Positions 10,455-18,424 of a DNA stretch of 57,688 nucleotides are shown here, in pieces (position 1 is the first letter of the stretch; each line of letters begins with the position of its first letter). This DNA comes from Candidatus Ornithocaccomicrobium faecavium (GTDB lineage Bacteria; Bacillota; Clostridia; Christensenellales; Aristaeellaceae). A program made the position numbers and the translations under genes. The stretch spans positions 1 to 57,688 of the forward strand of contig DVOT01000246.1 of assembly GCA_018713425.1 (NCBI GenBank). The letters are read 5' to 3'. The notes under the pieces are model-generated. The model was not told the DNA's origin. It was given only the letters and a program-made list of their open reading frames with translations, and searched no databases.

Positions 10455-10483
10455 ATTGTAGCACCAGACGGCCCTGAAGTCAA
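10455..10483 (-). promoter_or_regulatory. rplJL operon promoter
   Basis: Minus strand TTGACT (10483-10478), 17-nt spacer, TACAAT (10460-10455). Confidence 0.6.
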
Positions 10484-10568
10484 GTAAATTCTTATGCAGG
10501 CGCGTTTGCGGCATTTGCATACAAGTGAAAAACGTATCTGAATACGCATGTGATAGCAAATTTTTTGC

Positions 10569-12139
10569 CTAGTTTTTTGGAACTTTCGGATAGATTTCAA
10601 GCTGCATTTTTTGGCCTAATTCCTTTACGCGCCCGCATTTTTCACTTTTTATGTAAACCACTTTTTCAATCACGCTTTTCAGCATCACATTTTTCCCCGC
10701 TGGCGTTTGAGCTTTTTCGTACAGCGCCAGTACATCGCGTATTTTTGGGGCCTGCATCCTGATCGCTTCATTCATCGGCGGGTTTTTATTTTCCAGCGCC
10801 GCGAGCGCCACCTTTGCAGCTTCCGCGCGTTCGGTTAGGATTTGTTCGCGTTCCAGATATGTTACAGGGCTATAAACACCTTGTTCCAGCAGATCGCGCA
10901 GACGGTTTAACTGATTCCCGATGGTTTCCAGTTCCTTTTCCAGCGCCGCTCGCATCCCGTCGCTTTCATGAACATCCTCGGGCTGCGCTTCAATCCGTTC
11001 TGCATCGATTTCATTAACCCATTGTTTCAATGTTTCCAAAATCGCGGATTCTACCGATTTCAAATATGCGCCGGAAGATTCGCAGTATTGATTCGGGCAC
11101 ATTAGCAAATCGTGATCGCTTGTGTATTTATTCCGCTGCATATGCAGCGACGCACCGCACATGCCGCACACCACGATTCCGGCTAGCGGATTTACCAGCG
11201 GCACTCTTCGCGGATTCCTGCATTTTCTGTTTTGCAAAATTTCCTGCTGAACAGATTCAAACATTTTTTCACTTATAATCGCTTCATGCCGTCCGTCGCA
11301 AATGATTTGCTGCCCGTTGTAGCGGTTAACCCTTTTCCGTTCGCCATTTTTGATTTCCGTTTCCGTGGAATGCCTACCCCACGTGACTTTACCGGTGTAC
11401 ACGGGATTTTTTAGCATCTGCAATATTGTTTCCGCGCCCCACTTTGATTTTTCCCTGGGCCGGATTCCCATTTCCGTTAGGCGCGCGGCGATTTTCGAGC
11501 AGCCCAATTCCTCGCCATTTTCTCCGCGTAAATACCATTCAAAGATCTGCCGCACCACCGCAGCTTCTTCCAGCGCGATTTCAAGCATCCAGCCCTTTTC
11601 GTTTTCCAGCTTTTTCCGCTTGTACCCGTACGGCGGTTTGCTGCCGATATACAACCCTGCCAGCACGCTGGAAATCCTGCCCGTCTGCATGCGGCGCTTG
11701 ATTTGTGCGTATTCCCTGCGCGCGAAAAACAGTTTCAATTCAAAAAATTCCTCGTCGCTGGGGTCGGCGGGGTCGTAGGTTTTGTATGGCGTGATGATTT
11801 TTGTGCCGCTATATGCAATCGTCTGCATGATGATGCCCTGATCGATGCTGTGTCCCCACGCGCCAGCCTATCAACATCCACGCACAGGATTGCGCCATAT
11901 ATGCCAGCTTCTACCGCGCGCAACAGGCGCTGCATTTCTGGCCGCGCAGAAATTGTATCGCCAGATACGATTTCGCGGTAAATATCCTTATCAGCGATTA
12001 CGATTTTCATTTTTTTCGCCAGAGCCATCAACGTATCAAAATGGCGCGACAACGTCGCGCCCTGCCCCATTTTTTCCGCTTCCACATCCGCCCGCGAGCG
12101 GCGGATATACATCGCGCATCGCATTTTGTTCCACCCCAT
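10569..12139 (-). pseudogene. large serine recombinase, interrupted by a frameshift near 11847-11853
   Basis: The N-terminal resolvase domain (YIRRSRADVEAE...VDVDRLARGD) is in one frame. The recombinase and zinc-ribbon domains (IDQGIIMQTIAYSGTKIITP...CGMCGASL) are in another. The frames join if one nucleotide is added in ggggacaCAGCatcgat. Confidence 0.75.
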
Positions 12140-12151
12140 AAAAAGCGTTGA

Positions 12152-12334
12152 TTATTGCTGTTCGTCGTTAGCCTTTGCGTGCAGCCTTGAATGAATCACG
12201 AATCCCAGTCCGCTTAGTAAAGAAGAAATTGCGCTAAACAGTAAAATTAGCCCCGCGTCGGACGACGATAGGCCCAGCGCCATAAAAAGCTCTACGCCAG
12301 CCACGACTAGTAATATAATCCCGATTGCCAACAT
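12152..12334 (-). CDS. small membrane protein (2 TM)
   Basis: 60-aa hydrophobic ORF. Its ATG overlaps the upstream stop (TAATG). Confidence 0.5.
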   Translation of the reverse strand: MLAIGIILLVVAGVELFMALGLSSSDAGLILLFSAISSLLSGLGFVIHSRLHAKANDEQQ

Positions 12335-12717
12335 TATGCGTCCCTCCTACGCTGATTTGGCAGCCGTTTCGGCTGTTTGTACTGTGTGAAAATGGAGATT
12401 AGATTAATCACCGCGATGATGCAGGCCATCCAGCCCCAAACAATCAAATCGGTAAAAATGCCGTGCATCGTGATTCCGATTAGCCACGCCAGCGCGTATA
12501 CTATCATTGCAGCGATTGCGCCGCCCTTGTTTTTGCGCGCTGCAATCATGATGATGCCGCCGCACATGATTAGAAATGCCACTATCGTTCCAGCCGAACC
12601 GCTCGTGCCGCCCTCACCCATCATTGCATCCCCGATTCCCGCCGCGCAGGACTGGAACATCACGAACAGTGATAGCACGATTGATATGATTCCTAGCACC
12701 AGTTTCGCAGTTTTCAT
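12334..12717 (-). CDS. membrane protein (about 4 TM), function unknown
   Basis: ATG 12717 after GGAGGAAAATGGA. Hydrophobic segments throughout. Confidence 0.6.
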   Translation of the reverse strand: MKTAKLVLGIISIVLSLFVMFQSCAAGIGDAMMGEGGTSGSAGTIVAFLIMCGGIIMIAARKNKGGAIAAMIVYALAWLIGITMHGIFTDLIVWGWMACIIAVINLISIFTQYKQPKRLPNQRRRDA

Positions 12718-12823
12718 TCCATTTTCCTCCATCCATTTTTACATTGTTAGCCACGATTTTACCACGCTTTCGTGCGGATTTCAACGAATTTTGGATTAAG
12801 GCGGCGGGTTTCGCCGCCAAAAT

Positions 12824-13027
12824 CTACTTCTTCCCAGCACAACGCTCTACTTCCACCGCCAGAACCGCATCCACCGCACGCTTTCCAAAATCATCAAGCT
12901 TTCGATAATTAGTTATTGTATCATATTCTTTTGATGTTAATTCCACCTTCTTATTTAACGAAAATGCCGAATCCACCGAGACGCCGTACATATCGCACAA
13001 CATAAACAATGTCTGCGAGTCCTGCAT
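12824..13027 (-). pseudogene. C-terminal fragment of an XRE-family HTH regulator
   Basis: Begins inside the HTH (QTLFMLCDMYGVSVDSAF), followed by the NYRKLDDFGKRAVD tail typical of clostridial XRE proteins. The N-terminal helices are missing at the island edge. Confidence 0.45.
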
Positions 13028-13037
13028 GCAGGTTGCC

Positions 13038-14033
13038 TCAAATAAAAGGCCTGCGGTCGAGCACCAGGCGCAGGGGAACGGTGGTTTCGATTTCGCCCGG
13101 CAGCGCCTGCGCAAGTTCCGCCAGCGCGCAGGATGCGCCAAAGAGCATGTGCAAATCGTTCCATTCCGCGTCCGTCTGCCAATCGAGCGCCGCCAGCCAA
13201 TCCACGTACGCGCGGGCAAACGCCTGGAGTTGCGCCTTTCCCTCGGCAAAGCGCTGCGGCGCCTGGCGCAGCGCGCGATTCAGACAAAACACCCAATCGA
13301 TTTCCATAAAACCAACCATGCGGCCAAAGCGCTCGCCCAGCGCATGATCCTTATACAGTTCTATGCAGGTGTCCACCAACTTGGCGGCATAAGGAATGGG
13401 CCGGTGCGCGCTTTCGTGGTTGAAAATATAATGGAACCAGCCGTACAAATGGTGCGCCGCGGGCGCTTTTTGCGCGTCCACCGCCCCGCGCAAGCTCATA
13501 CCCCACTTGGGATCGCAGTGTTCGCGCAGCCAGGCGAAATACGCGTTCTGCCAGGCGGCATCCGCTTCCCCGGCGATGGTCAGCGCGGCAAACACGCCCG
13601 CGCCCTGGTGCGATTGCGGCCAGGGATTGCCCAGCCAATCCAGCCCTTCCAGCAGGGCAAACAGCCCTTCGCGCGTGCGGTATGGCGCCAGCGCGGCGAG
13701 CGGATGGGCGGGGCGCTGATCGAACAACTCCAGCGCGGCCACGCAATGCGCGGTGGTGTGCAGCGGATGGTGCGTCGGCTCGCAAAACAGGCCGGTATCC
13801 GCCGCCTGCATGCCCTGCAGGGTCGCAACCCATTTGGCGCGCGCCTGCGGTTCGCGCACAAACGCGCCGATGGTATACAGCAGGTTGGCCGCGTCCGCGC
13901 AACCGTATTCGTTGGGCGTGCAGTCGCGTTCGTTCGTGCCATTTTTATATAGCCAACGCGCATAAGCGCCTTCGCTGAGGCGATGGCTTTCCACGGTTTG
14001 GGCAATGCGCTCCAACAAAAAATCCAATTGCAT
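13038..14033 (-). CDS. hypothetical protein (helical-repeat-like)
   Basis: ATG 14033 after GAGGGGG. 331 aa with host-like GC and no motif I can name. Confidence 0.6.
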   Translation of the reverse strand: MQLDFLLERIAQTVESHRLSEGAYARWLYKNGTNERDCTPNEYGCADAANLLYTIGAFVREPQARAKWVATLQGMQAADTGLFCEPTHHPLHTTAHCVAALELFDQRPAHPLAALAPYRTREGLFALLEGLDWLGNPWPQSHQGAGVFAALTIAGEADAAWQNAYFAWLREHCDPKWGMSLRGAVDAQKAPAAHHLYGWFHYIFNHESAHRPIPYAAKLVDTCIELYKDHALGERFGRMVGFMEIDWVFCLNRALRQAPQRFAEGKAQLQAFARAYVDWLAALDWQTDAEWNDLHMLFGASCALAELAQALPGEIETTVPLRLVLDRRPFI

Positions 14034-14044
14034 GGGATGCCCCC

Positions 14045-14809
14045 TCACTTTCGCGCCTTTTCTTCGCGGTGCATGGTCACTTCGCCCGCGCACAGCGCGT
14101 GCAGCGCGCCCTTCTCATCGCGCACGAGCAATTCGCCCGCCGCGCCAATGCCCTCGGCGCGCGCATGCCGCCACACGCCTTTTTCGCAATAATCGATCTC
14201 GCGGCCCAGCAAAATGGAACGCGCGCGATATTCTTCCAGCAGCGCCTCACTGGGGTTCAAAGCGTCGCGCAGCAAATTCTGATAAATGCGGCCCGCCAGC
14301 GCGTCGCGCTCCACGCCGCCCAGCGCGCCAGCAATGCCGCGCAATTCCTCGGGCAGCGCGCCTTCCGCCAGATTCACGCCAATCCCCACCACCGCGCCGC
14401 GCGCGCCGCCGGGCGACGTTACCGCCTCGGCCAGAATACCGCAAATCTTTTTCTCTCCCAGCAGCAGGTCGTTCACCCATTTGATGCCAGGACGGTAGGG
14501 CGTGCACGCCTCGATTGCCTCGCACGTGGCCACCGCGGCCGCAATGGTCAACCGTTCCAACGCGGCCCCATCCGGCCAGAGGATCACCGTCATATAGAGT
14601 CCCGCGTCCGCCGGAGAGGCGAAGGTACGGCCCAGCCGCCCACGCCCTGCGGTTTGTCCGGCGGCGATGACCAGCGCTCCCTGCGCAGCCCCCGCACGCG
14701 CCCAGGCCTTTGCGCGCGCGTTGGTGGAATCGATTGCGCGATAGGCTTCGATCTCTTGCGCGCCGGTCAGCGCGCGCAACCTTGCGGCCCAGGTGGAATC
14801 CTTACACAT
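14045..14809 (-). CDS. birA: biotin--[acetyl-CoA-carboxylase] ligase
   Basis: GRGRLGRTFASP biotin-binding loop and KWVNDLLLGEKKICGILAE. No N-terminal HTH (class I). Confidence 0.85.
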   Translation of the reverse strand: MCKDSTWAARLRALTGAQEIEAYRAIDSTNARAKAWARAGAAQGALVIAAGQTAGRGRLGRTFASPADAGLYMTVILWPDGAALERLTIAAAVATCEAIEACTPYRPGIKWVNDLLLGEKKICGILAEAVTSPGGARGAVVGIGVNLAEGALPEELRGIAGALGGVERDALAGRIYQNLLRDALNPSEALLEEYRARSILLGREIDYCEKGVWRHARAEGIGAAGELLVRDEKGALHALCAGEVTMHREEKARK

Positions 14810-15239
14810 CGCGGATCATCTGCACATATGGCAAATTCTCATAACCCAGCCGCCGATACAGGGCGATGGCGCGCACGTTCTCGGGTTCCACTTCCAGGCG
14901 GAAACGGCGCGCATCGCGATTTTCCTCGGTTACCTGGCGGAAAAACTCGCTGCCCAACCCGCGCGAACGGAATTCCGCGCGGATGTACAATTCCTCCAGC
15001 CACACCACCGGCCCGCCCGCTTCGTGCGAATACGAACGGGCGGTGAGCCCATATCCGGCAACCGCGCCATCGCACTCGATCAAATAGCCGGAAATATACG
15101 CCTGGGAACGCATCATTTCCGCAAACGCATCCGTGTGGTAGGCATCGGGCACATCATGCAACACCGCGTCCGACGCATAAAATTCGCGCGTGAGCGCGAG
15201 AAAAATTTCCCGGTCATCCCGGGTTATTTTGCGCACCAT
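14802..15239 (-). CDS. GNAT family N-acetyltransferase
   Basis: ATG 15239 after GAGGAG. Acetyl-CoA-binding motif A region RSRGLGSEFF. The stop overlaps the birA start. Confidence 0.8.
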   Translation of the reverse strand: MVRKITRDDREIFLALTREFYASDAVLHDVPDAYHTDAFAEMMRSQAYISGYLIECDGAVAGYGLTARSYSHEAGGPVVWLEELYIRAEFRSRGLGSEFFRQVTEENRDARRFRLEVEPENVRAIALYRRLGYENLPYVQMIRDV

Positions 15240-15280
15240 ATTTTTTACTCCTCGCGACCAAACTTCTCTTAAAATGCAAA

Positions 15281-15316
15281 TATAGCGCAAGATTTCTTCG
15301 GTAATCTTGCGCTATA
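15281..15316 (-). terminator. original host terminator of the tRNA-Thr/tRNA-Pro operon, now separated from it by the prophage
   Basis: Stem tatagcgcaagatt / aatcttgcgctata with an 8-nt loop. Lies directly 3' of the displaced tRNA-Pro 3' fragment. Confidence 0.55.
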
Positions 15317-15364
15317 TTTTGGTCGAGGTGACAGGATTTGAACCTGCGACCTTTTGGTCCCGAA
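15312..15364. repeat. left att site: displaced 3' portion of tRNA-Pro(CGG)
   Basis: 53/53 identity with 51578-51630. Covers the tRNA from the anticodon loop to CCA, plus 8 nt downstream. Confidence 0.9.
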
Positions 15365-15485
15365 GGCCATTCGGTTTCCCTGTACCAACAAGCGCAAAAA
15401 TGCACGCCGCTATTGCCTTTGCGGTGGCCTGAAACTTCGCGCCCGACCAGCCGACTTACTCCCGAAAAATTCTTTCCATGGGGAT

Positions 15486-15496
15486 TTCCCCCAATT
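15486..15496. repeat. TTCCCCCAATT motif, candidate arm-type integrase site (left arm)
   Basis: The same 11-mer occurs twice in tandem next to the right att site (51479-51500). Confidence 0.35.
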
Positions 15497-16123
15497 CCAC
15501 TTTAGTTTATACCCATTGCAGCCCGTAGAAAAGCACGGGTATATTCAAAGTATCTGTAATTTCTGTAAAGCCTGTAAAGCATGGTTTTCTTTCTTTAATA
15601 TGCCTAAAAGCGTCTATCCTTACACTTTAATTCAATAACTGTAAAGGAATAAAATAAAGTGTAAATGGAGAAGATACCCACCCCCTAAAATCTGAAGCCC
15701 CGTGCTGTCAACGCCTAAGCCTCTTCCGGTGTCGAATCCCCTTATACGGAAGATCGCGGGCAGGGGGGATAGGGTTCTTCGCCCGTCTGTTTTCGGCAAA
15801 ATCCTGCCGCGCAAAACAATTTCACAGCGTCCCCATAGGGCAAAAATTTTCACCGCTTTCTTATTTCCGCGTTGCCCGCTCCCTCTATTGTCCGCGCTCT
15901 CCCTCCGGGTGCGGCCGTTCAATGACCATGCGCCTTCGCTGCTGCCGCCCGTCATATAGCCCTCTGTGTGGCCTTTGGACGCGGCCGGAAGCTGGCAAGG
16001 CATTCCCATCGTCCCACCGTCGCGCCCGTCCTGCCCGCTTCTACGCGCCCGCCTACGGCGTTTTTGCTGGCAGTCAAGTGCATTTCCCCGTCCGGCTCGC
16101 AGAAAAACGCCGTACAGGGGCGC

Positions 16124-16164
16124 AAAAAAAGCGGCGCTATCCCCGGTTTCCCAAGGATAGCGCC
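16124..16164 (-). terminator. intrinsic terminator ending the lysis operon
   Basis: 10-bp stem ggcgctatcc / ggatagcgcc followed, on the minus strand, by TTTTTTT (16124-16130). Confidence 0.7.
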
Positions 16165-16177
16165 CTCTGGTAGGTCT

Positions 16178-16396
16178 TTAGTTCTGTTCTTCCTGCACTT
16201 CCGGCAGGCCTGCAATGCTGGTCAGCAGCGACAGGATGCCGGCCAGCGCCGCCGCACTGGCGACCATGCCCCAGTTAACTTCGCCCAGTACCACGCTGGA
16301 GCCGATTGTCGCAACGGCAGTCTGGGCGACCGTCTTGACCGCCCGCACGCCCGCAGCTTTGATCCAGCTTTTCCAATAGCTCGCGCCCTTGTTCAT
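16178..16396 (-). CDS. phage holin (phi LC3 / LL-H-like)
   Basis: 72 aa. [15 protein letters not shown] motif, TM segments and a charged C-terminus. GGGAGGG lies 7 nt upstream of ATG 16396. Confidence 0.7.
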   Translation of the reverse strand: MNKGASYWKSWIKAAGVRAVKTVAQTAVATIGSSVVLGEVNWGMVASAAALAGILSLLTSIAGLPEVQEEQN

Positions 16397-16415
16397 ATGC
16401 ATTCCCTCCCTTCGC

Positions 16416-16736
16416 TCATTGCAGCCCTGCCCGCGTCAGGGCATACGTTATGATCGCGGTGACGATGATCTTGATGGCCGTACTCACCGCGTTTTCCCAA
16501 CGCCGCGCCGGCCTGCCCTTGATTTCCTCGATGTCGCCCGTCAGCGCGTCCACCTTGTTGCTGGTCGATTTCTGTTCGTGCGCAAGCAGTTCGACGTTTG
16601 TGGCCAGCTTATGCACACTTTCCGCGATGGCCTTCGCCTCGCCGATCTGGTTAAACATGGTCTTGATCTGCTCTGTGTGGCGCGTCACCCTCTCGTCGAG
16701 GGCGACGTACTTTTGCGTCAGTTCTTCACTGTTCAA
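16416..16736 (-). CDS. XhlA-like lysis-associated protein
   Basis: Coiled-coil N-terminus plus a single C-terminal TM ([19 protein letters not shown]). Sits between endolysin and holin. TTG start after GGAGGTGG. Confidence 0.6.
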   Translation of the reverse strand: MNSEELTQKYVALDERVTRHTEQIKTMFNQIGEAKAIAESVHKLATNVELLAHEQKSTSNKVDALTGDIEEIKGRPARRWENAVSTAIKIIVTAIITYALTRAGLQ

Positions 16737-17736
16737 CGTCCACCACCTCCGCGTACTTATTGCTCACCCATGCCGTGCCGTCGCCCACGGCGATGCAGTG
16801 CCAGCCGTTGCGTGCGGTGGCGATATGCGCGTACCGCTCGCCCGCATGGACGATCGTCAATACGCCGTAGCCGGTCGCCGGCCCCTTCCGAGCATTGACG
16901 CTGCCGCCGGTGATGACGACGGCCGGTTCGCCGCTCTCTGGCGCGCCCGGCGTTTCCTCTTCGTCGGTCTCGCCCTCTGCGGCGCTCACGGCTTCCATCA
17001 GCGCCGCGTGCGTCAGCGGGCCATACTCGCCGTCGGCTTCCAGCTTGTGGTCGCGCTGGAAGGCCTTGACCGCCGCTTCTGTCTCCGCGCCATACTCGCC
17101 ATCGGTGCCGTATGCTGGCAGCGCGTAGCCCAGCGCGATCAGCTGTGCTTGCAGTTCCCGCACGTCAATGCCGGCGCAGCCTCGCTTCAGCAGTCGTTCG
17201 CCCAGCGTGCCGGCGATCTCCGCGCCGCTGCCCTCCCCGCCGGTGATCCAGCGAATGGCCATAAAGTAGCGGCGCGACTTGCTGGCCCGGCTGGCGCAGT
17301 AGGCGCGCACGTCCTTGATGGTCGGCCCGGTGCCGCTTCCGTGCCCTGCGCACTTGCCGTTGCCGATGTACATTTCAACGTGCCCCACGTCGAGCGCGTG
17401 GCCGCTGTTGCCTTTGAAATACAGGCAGTCGCCGGGCAGAAGGTTGTTTTCGTTTGGATAGCAGCCGTCGGTCTGGTCTACGATTGCGCCGTTCGCGCGG
17501 TTCTTGATCTGCGCGTTGGTGTTGCTGCCGATGTTGATGCCGGCCACGGCGCGGATCGCGGCGGCGACGGCCGCGGAACAGTCCGAAAAGCCCGCCTGCG
17601 TTGTGTTGCCGACGATGTTGTCCGGGTATCCGAAGAAATACGTGCGCTTCGCGCCCTGCGTGTAGCTGTTCTTCTTCTGGCGGCTCCGCATCAGCTGCGC
17701 AGCCTGCGCGCGCATCGCCTCATAGTCCTTTGCCAT
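16726..17736 (-). CDS. endolysin: NlpC/P60-type peptidase + PG_binding_1 + SH3 domains
   Basis: DCSAAV...HVEMYIG Cys/His peptidase cues. LQAQLIALGY...AVKAFQRDHKL peptidoglycan-binding repeat. C-terminal SH3-like VNARKGP...WVSNKY. Alternative start at 17745. Confidence 0.8.
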   Translation of the reverse strand: MAKDYEAMRAQAAQLMRSRQKKNSYTQGAKRTYFFGYPDNIVGNTTQAGFSDCSAAVAAAIRAVAGINIGSNTNAQIKNRANGAIVDQTDGCYPNENNLLPGDCLYFKGNSGHALDVGHVEMYIGNGKCAGHGSGTGPTIKDVRAYCASRASKSRRYFMAIRWITGGEGSGAEIAGTLGERLLKRGCAGIDVRELQAQLIALGYALPAYGTDGEYGAETEAAVKAFQRDHKLEADGEYGPLTHAALMEAVSAAEGETDEEETPGAPESGEPAVVITGGSVNARKGPATGYGVLTIVHAGERYAHIATARNGWHCIAVGDGTAWVSNKYAEVVDVEQ

Positions 17737-17750
17737 GTCGATCATTCCTT

Positions 17751-17918
17751 TCAAATGTTCCGCTCAATCTCGCGCAGCAGCGCCCCGCGCTGCCGTTCGA
17801 TTTCTCCATCGCTGGTTTCGATGCCGTGTTCCGCCAAAAGGCTGGCCTGCCGGCGAATGATCTGCTGCGCCCTGTCCAGCAGATCGCACAGCCGGCAGAT
17901 GAGTTCAAGGTTGCTCAT
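17751..17918 (-). CDS. small phage protein (55 aa), unannotated in the ORF track
   Basis: GGGAGGAAGTGAGG then ATG 17918. Sequence MSNLELICRLCDLLDRAQQIIRRQ... Its stop lies next to the endolysin start. Confidence 0.45.
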   Translation of the reverse strand: MSNLELICRLCDLLDRAQQIIRRQASLLAEHGIETSDGEIERQRGALLREIERNI

Positions 17919-17921
17919 GCC

Positions 17922-18014
17922 TCACTTCCTCCCGTTTGCCGATAGCAGTGCCGCCATCAGAATACCTGCAAATATGCAGACAGGGATAATCCAAATCAGA
18001 TGCAGCGCGTTCAT
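17922..18014 (-). CDS. 30-aa single-TM micro-protein
   Basis: The ATG overlaps the upstream stop (ATGA). Sequence MNALHLIWIIPVCIFAGILMAALLSANGRK. Confidence 0.4.
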   Translation of the reverse strand: MNALHLIWIIPVCIFAGILMAALLSANGRK

Positions 18015-18424
18015 GGCGCGAATTCCTCTGCCTCTGCGTCTGCTGCCTCGCTGCCCGGCGCGCTCGGCCAGACGATGCTGAAGGGGAATCCGTCCTGTTC
18101 CGGCAGGTTTCTGAGCGCCTGCCGGTACTGCGCCCATTCGCCGATCAGCGCCTCGCCCAGGGCCTTGAGAAAGCCCAGCCAGGCGGTAAAAGTGCTCCCA
18201 CTCGGCGCAACCAGCCCCAGCCGGTCGAGCGCGACTTCCGCGTCGCTGTCTTTCAGCAGGCGGTTGCGGATGCTGCGCGCCAGCGCGGCGGCGGTCTCTT
18301 CGTCCTGGGCTTCGATCGCCAGGTTCAGCGCCACGCGCTGCACGTCGGGCATTTCGGAGCGCTGCCGGTCGGCGATGGCCTCCATGCGGGCCTGGCGCAG
18401 GCTGTCGTTCGTCGTGATGCTCAT
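18011..18424 (-). CDS. hypothetical phage protein (possible fibre chaperone, XkdW-like position)
   Basis: AAGGAGGG then ATG 18424. The start overlaps the RT stop. Acidic C-terminus. Confidence 0.55.
   Translation of the reverse strand: MSITTNDSLRQARMEAIADRQRSEMPDVQRVALNLAIEAQDEETAAALARSIRNRLLKDSDAEVALDRLGLVAPSGSTFTAWLGFLKALGEALIGEWAQYRQALRNLPEQDGFPFSIVWPSAPGSEAADAEAEEFAP

Larger units (their letters stand above)
10490..13030. mobile_element. degraded integrative-element remnant (lower GC than flanks)
   Basis: Frameshifted large serine recombinase at one end, two small membrane proteins, and an N-terminally truncated XRE-family gene at the other end. Abrupt composition change at ~13030. Confidence 0.45.

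Noticed and set aside
15321-15364. tRNA-like sequence at the left prophage end
   Set aside because: Only the 3' 44-45 nt of tRNA-Pro is present. There is no acceptor 5' strand or D arm. It is the displaced att half, not a gene.
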